From assembly GCA_020137815.1 (NCBI GenBank), contig CM035351.1:4836001-4900000 (forward strand): a stretch of DNA of 64,000 bases, given 5' to 3'. A model generated the notes under the pieces. The model saw only the letters and a list, made by a program, of their open reading frames with translations, was not told the origin of the DNA and did no database searches. Shown piece after piece: positions 28,449 to 40,049 of this stretch. Positions within the stretch are counted from its first letter, which is position 1, and each line of letters begins with the position of its first letter. The stretch is from Hormiphora californensis (Eukaryota > Animalia > Ctenophora). The position numbers and the translations under genes are program-made.

Positions 28449-29829
28449 TACCGTGCAAATTAAAACAACATTTTTTGTAGAAATGAATTGTTGAACTTAA
28501 AATAATATAAGATATTTGTTGAACGAGGTTAATAACATTAAAAATAATAAATTAACTCAATCAAGGGTTAGAAATGTGTCACACTGAATATGAAATCAAA
28601 TTGTTAATTAACAATTCAAGTCTCTGGCCCTACTCTTCCCATTCTCTCTGGAGGGCATCTGAAGTGTTGGACACTCCCCTTCTCCCGTGGCGGCTGGAGC
28701 CTGCACCTCACGAGGGATGCCTCCATCCAGTCGTCTCCTGCCTCGTTGAGAGGTATCCTCCATCCAGTCGGGAAGCACTTGTCCATGTATCTCAGCTTCA
28801 CGACAATATGATCATCTCCTCTCAATCTATCCCGGTACTTCTTGCTAGTTGTGTCCAGAACGATTGTTTTTCAAGGTGGTACTGGCACTATCAGTATCAA
28901 CAGATGATCCGGCTGCAGGGCTGGGTGTGGGACACGGCGTCATGAGGGGTGGGCCTGGCAGTAGATCACTTGAAGAGTGTTCCAGTGAGGTGCAACTAGA
29001 ATGCTATCCTGGTAGACTGGCGGGTAGAACATCTTTACTGTGGAGGGACGTGAACGAGGTGCCATAGTGTCAGTGATTAGATGGAGAACATCCAGGTCAA
29101 CCCCTTTCTCCTGAACAACATCTGGTCCCCAGCTTTTTAGGGCGTAGCTCCAGCTGCAACTCGTTCAGGAAGGAAGCTAAGGCCCTGAATGCCTCAACAT
29201 GGGATGTGTCGCCTTCGGGAGTCCAGTGAGAGTTGGTGAACCAGTACTCATCCATGTAGAAGATGAGGGAATCCAAAAACCCCAGTGCCTCTGCTGTCAC
29301 CATCTCCATAGACACGGGGTTTCGGCTGGGCCTGTAAAATGATGTATGTATTAGAAATTGGAATTTCTGTTTCGAAATTCAAGGGAAATTCAAGCATGTC
29401 ACTATTTGACTATTTAAATCTTAAATTTATTATCATTTTCATCCTTCATGGTTTTACCTGTCGAGAGGGTCAATCAAGGGGTTCAGTTAACTGATAGCTA
29501 TAGTTCTCATTTTCTTAATTTTTCTGGCTTGGGTCCAGAGAAAGTTTCTCTTGTACTTTCCAACCAGTCCACGGAGGAACACCGCCATAAACTCGCCCCC
29601 ACAGCCATCACTCTATATCACATCTTCCTCGAGCTCTGGACCTGTAGGGAGGACAGAATAGATGGCACTGATACTGCTACTGTGTCCTTTCCTTTCTCCT
29701 CTGCATTGCTAGCGATGACAAATGTTTTCACCGCCCCCCCCCCCCTTATCCAACATTATTTGTTATCGTACAACGCGACTGTAAACAGCACAACGGATTG
29801 TCTCGACCAATTTCAGGTAGGCCAATCAT

Positions 29830-31048
29830 GCTGGTCGTTGGTTTCTGCCACATCTCCAAAGATATCTGAAGGTGAATCAAACCAGTTGAAAATTGTGATA
29901 ACTGGATTCAGATAGTAACAAATGTGAAACCTTAATCACAAGAAGGAACAATTGCTTAGTAGCTCACCTTCTCAACGTGAAACCCCCAAGAATAGGCAGG
30001 TACACGTGTATCCCGTAAACAGAGGGCTTGTCCAACTGTATTATCTTGGCAATGGCGTACAGAGGCTGGTCAGCTACTGCAACTGCAATTTGCCCAGGGT
30101 TCAGAAACCGGGTACCCTTTCTGAAAATAATTTTGTTGAAAAGTTAGGCTGTTTTTTACATGTAAAAAACTGTATACAGTAAGTAAATCAAGAAACAGCT
30201 AACCATGAAAAGATAATCAACTCACATTATCTCATTTATACAGAATAGGACGGTTGTTGGATCCCTTGAGGTTTCTTCCATTACTGGAAGGACCCCTGCT
30301 ATTGTAGGGATTCTCATTTTCGATTTTCTTTAGTGATACAACTGCCATGGCAGCTTGTACTTTGGCCATCCAGAGTTTTGTCCCTTCAACAGCGATTTCA
30401 ATCTACGAGAGAAAATGTAGGTCATGTGATATGGTATTCAGAGGAAAATCACGAAAATATCAATTCATTACAGCTAGTTTTTCCTTTCTATAACCTACCA
30501 GATATACAGTATCCTCGGCCTCTTCAATTCTATGGTACTGCTGTGTAGGGAGGCGTGTCATAATGGTCCATAGGCCGATCTGGAAGTACCAAGTCAGACT
30601 GTCTTTTCACTGGCTTGTAGGGTACTCTATCAGCCGGAACGAAATCTGTAAACATAGTACACCTTTGATTAAAATAAGATAGGAATGAACGTCGTAGTTT
30701 CGTGGTGATGTAGTATCCACACATGCAAATAGAGGGTGTTGCCAAGGAGGTGCCCTGGAGGGTTTTGGGAGGTTGCACGTGTGGGTTGGTGAAGCGGGTG
30801 GGAGGGGTGCTTTTGGGTGAGGGAGAGTGTGGGGATTTGGGTCAACGAGTGCTTTACTTCAACCGGATTACTTCATTTATACCTGCTGATGGGTGACTAG
30901 AGAAACTAATGGAGGTTCCATGGAATCCTTCTTTTGCTCGAGTAGAACTCCCATCTCTATCAAGGTTGTCCCACCGGCCAACAGTGAAAGCTCCAACGGG
31001 GCAGGTTAACGGGACCATCGCTTGGTCCAAATGGTACTGACGAATACA
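29830..31048 (-). mobile_element. Academ-like transposase fragment, duplicate copy
   Basis: FLNPGQIAVAVADQPLYAIAKIIQ...LPILGGFHVEK (~29968-30115) and DNLD/FHGTSIS motifs (~30900-30970); near-identical to 33170-34090. Confidence 0.6.
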
Positions 31049-31239
31049 GCGGATTCGATCGGCTAGGACATCATCCGCGTAGCAGTACGCGACTTCATCC
31101 GCGGAACTACCTAGACTTGAGAAAAGTTGGCGGCTACCCTGACTCCAACACGGAGGGTGGTGAGTTTGACCCTAATACTATAACAACCGGCGTCATCTCG
31201 AGTCTTGACACTAATCAGAAGGTTAAATTGATTGCAGAC

Positions 31240-32037
31240 ATGGCTGGCCTTCTCTGGTTCCGAGCTCGACCCTTGTCAAAGGTAGCCAGGAGACAGTTCG
31301 AGTTAGAAGAGGCGAGACCTGCTGCAGTTGACGAGTCTAGAGAGAAAGTACAGAAACTAGTGGAACAGTTCAAGATCACCAGAAACCGTCTCGACACCGT
31401 CAAGGACGAGCTACTGGAACGTGACCGGAAAATGATCACCCTTCAAGAAGAGATTAGTGCACTGAAAGACTCGATCATCTCAATGAAGGATTCCCAGCTA
31501 GAGAGTAGCATTAGTGCTGTCCAGACTGTTGTTAAAGAGGAAATGAGCAGCTATTCGTCCGTCCTTGAGACCGCTGCTACCACCATGAAGCAGAGCTGTG
31601 CATCTGCACTAGCTCCTACTAAGATCCGTGCTGCCCTGGCCAGCGCCACAGTTGACCGATCTGCCAATCTGATGGTCTATGGACTAGTTGAGAATGGCAA
31701 TGGTAGTGACACCAGTAAGTTGAAAGAGTTGTTCCAGAATCTGGACGAGGCACCTGTTTTGTCGGAGGTCAGTAGATTGGGAAGGAGGAGTGATGAACGA
31801 ATACGTCCTGTTCGGGTGGTACTGAGGAGCAGGGAGACAGCTAGGACTATTTTGGCCAAATCTGCTCAGCTGAGGGACTCAGAGACATTTCAATCAGTGT
31901 ACATTTCTCCAGACAGAACTGTAGAGGAACGGACTGAGAGGAGGGATCTTGTTGCTAGGTTGAGAAAGAAGAGAGAGAAAGAGCCAGAAAAGATTTTTAG
32001 GATCAGGAGGGGGTCCGTTGTTGAGATCAGAGAGTGA
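31240..32037 (+). CDS. Orphan LINE ORF1-like protein (coiled coil plus RRM-like domain), no ORF2
   Basis: Heptad-rich N-half then NLMVYGLVE...RLGR...RPVRVVL...ILAKSAQLR...VYISPDRTVEER; first ATG at 31240; the insertion spans about 31049-32230. Confidence 0.75.
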   Translation: MAGLLWFRARPLSKVARRQFELEEARPAAVDESREKVQKLVEQFKITRNRLDTVKDELLERDRKMITLQEEISALKDSIISMKDSQLESSISAVQTVVKEEMSSYSSVLETAATTMKQSCASALAPTKIRAALASATVDRSANLMVYGLVENGNGSDTSKLKELFQNLDEAPVLSEVSRLGRRSDERIRPVRVVLRSRETARTILAKSAQLRDSETFQSVYISPDRTVEERTERRDLVARLRKKREKEPEKIFRIRRGSVVEIRE

Positions 32038-33169
32038 GCGATCACATGTGAGGAGAGGAGAGATTGTTAGTGATTGTTCTTGTGCTCGGGTGAGTATTAT
32101 GAGTTAGAGAAAGGTAGACTTGAGATTTGTTTATATCTATGATTATTACAATTACCTGTGTGAAACATTGTTCGGACACGGTGGGTACCAGGGTGGGGTA
32201 ACATGGTAAACGCACACAAAAGACCTTACCCGTCTTCGTGTTATTAGCCTTGATGCGCCACCCTGTATCCCCACCCAGTTTTGTCCAGTGTGGCTGGTTT
32301 TCTTGACATTATATAATTTATTGCGGCACATGCCACTGCCAGCGGCAGTTTTGATTGATTGATTGACCTGTCGAGAGGGTCAATCAAGGGGTTAAGGCAA
32401 GCCTTCCGGTACTCTTCGAAGAGGGGTTCCGTATGGAAATCTCTCTTCAGCTGGCTCATCCTCTCCTTCATCTTCATAACACACCGTTCGCCAAGGCTGT
32501 CTTTTCTTGGACCGCCAATGATAATCTTCTCATTTCTCCTTGTATGGCCCTGATTAGGAACAAAGTGTTGAATCCCAATTACTTTTCGGTTTAAATAGAC
32601 GTAAAACATGTTTAATTATAATGTTTTTGGTATCAGTTTTTGTAACTAATCGGTACATTTTCAGTTTTACCTCATGAATTCCGATAATGGCAGCATTTCA
32701 GGTTTCTTCATCAGGCCGAGGAGATTCGCTGCCCTTTCTTTTCTTGATAGATCATGGTAGTGGTCTTTACGCCCGTCTTAGCCACCTTGGCAAAGGTTCT
32801 TGCATCATTATTCATTAACGACTGCCGGGAGACAATTGCCTGTCTGACCACTCTCTTTACAATACCACCTACAGCTCCATCCACAACACCTTTTCCATGG
32901 GAAGTTGCGAAGAATTTCCAATCTTGTACTTTCCAACCAGTCCACGGAGGAACACCGCCCCCACAGCCATCACTCTATATCACATCGAGCTCTGAATCTG
33001 TAGGGTGGACAGAATAGATGGCACTGATGAATGCTGCTACTGTGTCCTTTCCTTTCTCCTCTGCATTGCTAGCGATGACAAAAGTTTTCACCGCCCCCCT
33101 CAACATTATTATCCAACAATATTTGTTATCGTACAACGCGACTGTAAACAGTTGAAAATTGTGATAACT

Positions 33170-35120
33170 GGATTCAGATAGTAACAAATGTGAAACCTTA
33201 ATCACAAGAAGGAATAATTGCTTAGTAGCTCACCTTCTCAACGTGTTTCCCGTAAACAGAGGGCTTGTCCAACTGTATTATTTTGGCAATGGCGTACAGA
33301 GGCTGGTCAGCTATTGCAACTGCAATTTGCCCAGGGTTCAAAAACCGGGTACCCGTTCTGAAAATAATTTTGTTGAAAAGTTGGGCAGCTTATACTTTGG
33401 CCATCCAGAGTTTTGTCCCTTCAACAGCGATTTCAATCTACGAGGGAAAATGTAGGTCATGTGACATGGTATTCAGAGGAAGATCACGAAAATATCAATT
33501 CATTACAGCTAGTTTTTCCTTTCTATAACCTACCAGATGTGAAGTATCCTCCGCCTCTTCAATTCTATGGTACTGCTGTGTAGGGAGGCGTGTCATAATG
33601 GTCCATAGGCCGATCTGGAAGTACCAAGTCAGACTGTCTTTTCACTGGCTTGTAGGGTACTTTAACTCTATCAGCCGGAACGAAATCTGTAAACATAGTA
33701 CAACTTTGATTAAAATAAGATAGGAATGAACGTCGTAGTGTCGTGGTGATGTAGTATCCACACATGCAAATAGAGGGTGTTGCCAAGGAGGTGCCCTGGG
33801 AGGGTTATGGGAGGTTGCACGTGTGGGTTGGTGAAGCGGGTGGGAGGGGTGCTTTTGGGTGAGGGAGAGTGTGGGGATTCGGGTCAACGAGTGCTTTACT
33901 TCAACCGGATTACTTCATTTATACCTGCTGATGGGTGACTAGAGAAACTAATGGAGGTTCCATGGAATCCTTCCTTTGCTCGAGTAGAACTCCCATCTCT
34001 ATCAAGGTTGTCCCACTGGCCAACAGTGAAAGCTCCAACAGGGCAGGTTAACGGGACCATCGCTTGGTCCAAATGGTACTGACGAATACACATATATCTG
34101 CATAACCGAACAGCAGCTCTCTGCACCGGTCGTAGCTTAGTGTCTGAGCCCTGAGGAATAATAAAACATTGTTGAGGAATAATAAAACATTGGCTTATGG
34201 TGAAAAAATATGCATATCGAAATGCAGATACATTCATAATAGGAAAGGACAAAAACGTACCAGTCCCATAGCACAGTCCCTGACTATCGCTGACTTGGAA
34301 CCGCTCGAACTGTATAACTTGAGGGATCGGTACACAAGTATCCCTGTCTCCTTATGGGTGTCAATTCTGGTATGCCCCTGTATAGGATAAAAACAAACTT
34401 AATTAAATCAGCCTGTCCAAAAAAATTGTCAAAATATAGTCTGCATCTGGTTCACATTGTACTAAGTGAAGTAAAAAACGTCAAACATACCTTGGTACTC
34501 CGTGACTCCTTCTTTAAGTGGTTTTGGCACAGGATTTCACTCATACAGCGAACCTTGGTCTTCATTTGGTTTCCCTTGGCACCCCAGTGACCGTAAAGAA
34601 GGTAGTCTACGCCATTATGCACTGATTCCGGAACCGGAGGTTGATCGAAAGGTTCTTCAACCTCGCATGGGGACTCTGTGATCCCCTTTCTCATTGTTTT
34701 CAGGGTCACAGTGTCACAAGCCGCAGTTCTCCTTGGCGTTGAAAAGATGCTTAGTGAAGATGGTGCCGGGCTGAAGGAGGGCGCTGTGCTGAGGGAGGGC
34801 GCTGGGCTACCAACCAATCGGGGCGTCGATGCCGCTGCTCCTACCTTCGCGTCCATGATAGATGACAGCTGTGTTATGTTGTAGGTGGGTCCTGCTTGCT
34901 CAGGGGGTGAGATGGTCTGGGAGGGTCCTGCTTGCTCAGGGGGTGAGATGGTCTGGGAGGGTCCTGGGCTCATGTCGGGCACAGAGCGAGGAGATTTAAA
35001 TGGAGCTGGTGAGTCATGGGTCGTCAACTTTTGAATCCCCTTTCTACAAAACTTGTGATTACAGAGGTCATTGGTGGCGATAAAATCTCGTAGTTATTCG
35101 ACAGATACCTCTTCTACAGA
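33170..35120 (-). mobile_element. Academ-like transposase fragment with introns, inside the Sola2-like gene
   Basis: KETGILVYRSLKLYS..MGL, VGQWDNLDRDGSSTRAKEGFHGTSISFSSHP, ADQPLYAIAK; family name is inferred. Confidence 0.6.
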
Positions 35121-37098
35121 GATGGGACTAGACCTCATCCTGAGCTTCACGCGAATAGGCCTGTGCAAAATCTATCTGAATCACCCGCTTCTTTCCAGCA
35201 CTTGTCAGAAGTTTGTCTTCCACAAATGCTACCTCCTGGATCCGCTTTATCCGAACGTGATTGATAAAGGACGAGCAGGCTTCCTTGGCCATGGAGAGTA
35301 CTTGGGAAACTGTATTCTCTTCCTCAGTGAGAGTTAACCTTTTCTCCACCTCAATCCACTGCCTTGTACATCTGACCGTCAGTCCTTTTAAACTCAGGCC
35401 AAGTCCGAAGGGCTTCTGGCTTACAATTTGGGCACGTACCTCGCCAACATAGCCCATGGAAGTTATCTGGTCTGCACAGGAGCCTGCCAACAAAACTCTC
35501 TGGGTCTATTATATGTACCGTTTTGAGAAGAAAATAGAAGTTCTCGTGGATCCTACATTTACACGAGTCGAACTTGGCATGACCCTCAAGAAACACGTGC
35601 TTCGGCCTCAGATCACAAAACTTGGAGAGGGACATCTTTAACCCGGGATTCTCCGCCAAAAACATCTGATGCGCTGTCCGGAGAGTGGTTGTGAGGTACA
35701 TCCGGCTGACCCTGATGTTCGGCTTTCCTTCCTGCCGTACCGTCACCATGTAGTTCCGTCCAAAACCGGGGCAGGTGTAGGAGATATCGCTCCTCGTGAA
35801 AAACCTTCTAGCAAGCTCGTCACCTGGTGCATTGGATGATCCGGAGGAAGTGAAGTTGGGCTAGGTTGCAAGGTGTCTTGGTTTTACCAACCGCATTCCT
35901 GCCTTTTGGGCTACCAGTTCCAAGGCCCTCTGAAGTTTCCTTGGAGGTTTGGGGAGAGTGTTCACACTGTTCAGAGTTCTCTTGACCACTTTCCCCTCAT
36001 CCTGAGTCCTGAGGAAAGGACCGGACTTCGTCTTAATTCTGCTCTTGATCATATCCAATCTCTTTTTGAAAAGGAACCTCTTCTTCGAGCGGTTGGTCAG
36101 GTTTTGGCTGGCAGTCCTCTTCCACTCATTCTCCCTCCTATTGTGTTCAACATCGCCCAGTTGCTGCCGTAACGTCTCTCTAGTCTCTGTAGGCTTTGCA
36201 CCGCTCTGCATTCGTTAGTGTACTAGACTAACTTGGTGCTGGAGGAGGAACAGGGGCCGGAGTGTGAATAGGTACAGTGATTGATCGGGGTGTAGCAGCA
36301 GTGCCAGTACCATGGACGATCATGTGACTATGGCTATTGAAAAAACAGGTGTTAGAATTGAACAGTTAAACCATAAAATCATGTTACAATTCCAGGGTAT
36401 GAATTGAGCCGTCGAAGTATGTACAGCTTTATTTAGAGGTGGTTAGATCGAGCCGTCCAAGACAGTCCGCAGAGACAAAAAATTACAAAAAATGAGTATT
36501 GAATACTGGTTCAAAAAAGGGTAGTTCGAAAAAAATAAAAATCTAAATTTTGCATCTTTTGGATCAAAAAGGTTGATTTTTACTATACTACTAGCTGAGT
36601 ACGGCTGTACAAAAAATAAGTCCAAAAAAGCAAAAAAATGCCCTAAAATTGAATTCTGCTGTTTCTCCGACATGTTTCTCTGACCAGAGGCCAGAGCCCA
36701 AGTTGCGCAACTTTAATTACCGCTCACGCCTCACACACACAAAAGTTTCTCCAGATTTCAAACAAATAGACAGTTATCTATCGGGTGGTGCAAAGATATT
36801 TATATATATTATCGAAGTTTTAAAAAAGTTGGGGAAATCATAAATGTGGTTCCGACCAGCCTCTTTCAGAGCCTATATCTTCGTCATTTTTCATCCAAAT
36901 GTGGTAAATCACGTATAGAAAGATGGAGATCATTTTGAACTAGCATGTAGAAGCTTTAAAATGGCTGTAAGGCCTTTTGTTTAAAAACTGTAGCGATTCC
37001 ACGCACAAAATGTGGTTCCGACTTATGCGTGGAATGTATCGAAATTTCGGGGGTCAAAATAACTGACTAACTGCAGCTTTACCAAAATCAACTTGAAG

Positions 37099-37413
37099 AT
37101 GCCCCCTATTTCTGGAAAGAAAGCCGAGAAGAAGGCTTACTCCATCTACATCTACAAGGTCCTCAAGCAGGTCCACCCTGACACTGGTGTCAGCTCCAAG
37201 GCCATGTCCATCATGAACTCTTTCGTCAACGACATCTTTGAGAGGATCGCCGGAGAGGCCTCTCGACTGAGACACTACAACAAGCGAAAGACCATCTCTT
37301 CTAGAGAGGTCCAGACCGCCGTTAGGCTGCTTTTGTCTGGTAAACTCGCCAAACACGCAGTCTCCGAGGGCACTAAGGCTGTGACCAAGTACACCTCCTC
37401 TACCTCCAAGTAA
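37099..37413 (+). pseudogene. H2B: Histone H2B copy with a 20-codon in-frame tail deletion
   Basis: [20 protein letters not shown]; also G>R, P>S and E>K relative to the 22162 copy; 3' UTR insertion; first G of the stem-loop mutated. Confidence 0.85.
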
Positions 37414-37431
37414 TCTGGAGATGATCCCGTC

Positions 37432-37538
37432 TTGCCTATCAGGCGTCAGCTCTCACACCGGGCCGAAGGCGAAGGCCCGGTGTTAGCTTACGCGAGCCGA
37501 ATAGACAGACTGAATAGACAGACTGCGTAGCATGGTAA
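37432..37538. mobile_element. 107-bp insertion in the H2B relic 3' UTR
   Basis: 8-bp TSD ATCCCGTC (37424-37431, 37539-37546); absent from the intact H2B; internal ACACCGGGCC...GGCCCGGTGT hairpin. Confidence 0.85.
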
Positions 37539-37766
37539 ATCCCGTCGTGTTTCGTCAAAAAAGCTTTTTTCAAAGCCACCCAAATTTAAAAAAGAAACTG
37601 GTTCTACGATGTAACCGCATATATAATGATTTACAACAGTTCTTCTTAGTTTGGCTTGTAAGCACTCACTATTATAGAGCTATTATATGTTCATTTGGGC
37701 CCCGTTTATTCTTGGTGATGACATTCGGCTTCGTTTAGGGTGGCTGAGCTGCGTCACCAACGTTTA

Positions 37767-38001
37767 AAGTCCAATTTTTTATTTAAGCGATAGGCCGCCG
37801 TGCATCAAAATGCAGCGCTTCAAATCAATTTCCGGTTCCTGATAAGCTAGCGACTTTTCTTGGTGCCATTGGAAAGATAAAATTTTTATCTTTCCAATGC
37901 AACTGGAACCGGAGATATGACCCATCAGGAACCGGAGATATGACCAATTAACCAATTGTGTGCGCGGCAGCCTGTCGCTTAAATAAAAAATTCGACTATA
38001 T
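37767..38001. mobile_element. MITE with long TSD
   Basis: Imperfect TIR AGTC(C/G)AATTTTTTATTTAAGCGA; direct repeat TCACCAACGTTTA at 37754-37766 and 38002-38014. Confidence 0.75.
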
Positions 38002-38729
38002 TCACCAACGTTTATTCATAAATGTTTCGGTACTGGCTGATAGCTCAATATTAACATGGCACGCATATATATATCTATATATCTATATATAGATTATAGA
38101 TATAGAAATAGAATGAGCTACTGCTTTTGATGGAAGCTGGACGTTCAATCCAATAATACTGATCACATAGATCTGAATATTACCACTGCACAGGCCCAGC
38201 TTCTTCAGTCAAGCGTGGTAGTCTTTTCCCACATACACTGAATGATATTAATTCGCATGTTCCAATTGCATACTTTATAGTTTTCTCTTTACGTCTCTCA
38301 TAATAAGAGTCTCATTATATAGTCAATTATGCCAGCCATTATTGTTTATGACTTTCAACGCGACCACGTACAGACTTCTTTTTTTAATTACATATAAGCC
38401 AAATATTGTTAGCCAAATGCCATATTTCTAAGAAAGAACAGAGATCATGGCTGGAATAGACGAACAATCGCCATAATATGTCATACGAACGCAATAAACT
38501 TCTGTAGTGCGATTTGTCCCACGTCCCACTTATTATCATGTCAAGTGGGCCAACTTCAAAATTCCTAATAATAATAACCCCTACTAGAACTAAAAGGAAC
38601 CACAAAGCATTCCTTTCTCCAAGATATTCCGGGTACTCATTTACTAGCTAACATTATGGGCACTAACCAGGTTGTTAGTTAGTAATTGAGTGGTACGTGG
38701 TGGGAATAGATGTTGGTATGTGACTTAGT

Positions 38730-39335
38730 ATAGAGGCTACAACAAAACGAAGAGCTTGAGCACCGTACCATTGTTCCCATGGTAACGAAAGAGGGGTCTA
38801 CAGGATAATGAGGTGATGATAATCACCGCGGTGCTCAAGCTCCCATGATCTGAATGAGGGTCTTTCTGTTATACACTACCATTGATATGGCTTCATTAAG
38901 AGTTCCTGTCAGTGGTTCAAACGGTGTCATGTGACATTCAATGTGACCCGTTTTCAACCAATAGGGGGTGGAGATGTGAAGTGTGAATGTAATGTGGAAT
39001 GGGGGGGGGGGGTGCGGAGGTTTGGGAATCGATGAGATCTCTTGGGTCATCTAAAAGTTAAAACTTCGAACAAATGTGAGAATAATAATAAATAAAGAAA
39101 CAAATTGGAATAAAATCATGTACTTTGCTTTCGTGAATCCGAAATTGAATAATTGCTGATGGAACCCTGCTAGAGAAAGAAGAATTGACTCTCTCCCTCT
39201 CAAAATCTCACACATTCTCCCCTGATGATGAAAAACAAGTCCAGCAGGAACATTTACGGGTCCATTCTAAAGTGGATTCCAAGCTAATTCAGCTAAACCT
39301 GGTCACATGTACTCACAGGTAGAGCGAGAGAGAGC

Positions 39336-39398
<63 letters not shown>

Positions 39399-40049
39399 AG
39401 ACAGAAAGAGACAGAGAAAGACAGAGACAGAGACAGACAGAGACAGAGACAGAGAGGGAGAAAGGGTACCTGTGAGTACCTGTGACCAGGTTTAGCTGAA
39501 TTAGCTTGGAATCCACTTGAGAATGGACCCGTAGAAATGTTGCTGCTTGTTTTTCATCATCGGGGGAGAATGTGTGAGATTGTGAGAGGGAGAGAGTCAA
39601 TTCTTCTATCTCTAGCAGGGTTCTAACAGCAATTATTCAATTTCGGATTTACGAAAGCAAAGTAGGTACATGATTTTATTCCAATTTGTTTCTTTACTTT
39701 TTATTCTCACATTTGTTCGAAGTTTTAGATGACCCAAGAGATCTCATCAATTCCCAAACCTCCGCCCCCCCCCCCCCCCATTCCACATTACATTCACACT
39801 TCACATCTCCACCCCTATTGGTTGAAAACAGGTCACATTGAATGTCACATGACACCGTTTGAACCACTGACAGGAACTCTAAATGAAGCCATATCAATGA
39901 TAGTGTATAACAGAAAGACCCTCATTCAGATCATGGGAGCTTGAGCACCGCGGTGATTATCATCACCTCATTATCCTGTAGACCCCTCTTTCGTTACCAT
40001 GGGAACAATGGTACGGTGCTCAAGCTCTTGATTTTGTTGTAGCCTCTAT
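38730..40049. mobile_element. Foldback element with about 590-bp diverged arms around an AG-rich microsatellite spacer
   Basis: ATAGAGGCTACAACAAAA...TTTTGTTGTAGCCTCTAT; mirrored ORFs 38835-39050(-) and 39729-39944(+); spacer about 39320-39465. Confidence 0.85.

Larger units (their letters stand above)
28616..36211 (-). mobile_element. Decayed Sola2-like DDE transposase, interrupted and partly duplicated
   Basis: SKFCDLRPKHV..CKCRIHEN (35351-35749), IQIDFAQAYSREAQDEV (to 35128), WSRQSVVLFT (~29790), SDGCGGEF (~29590), WKFFATSHGKGVVDGAVGGIVKR (~32850-32922), C-terminal VVKLRYM..GWRIP..LQPP (28616-28825). Superfamily name from recalled motif pattern; TIRs not found. Confidence 0.7.
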
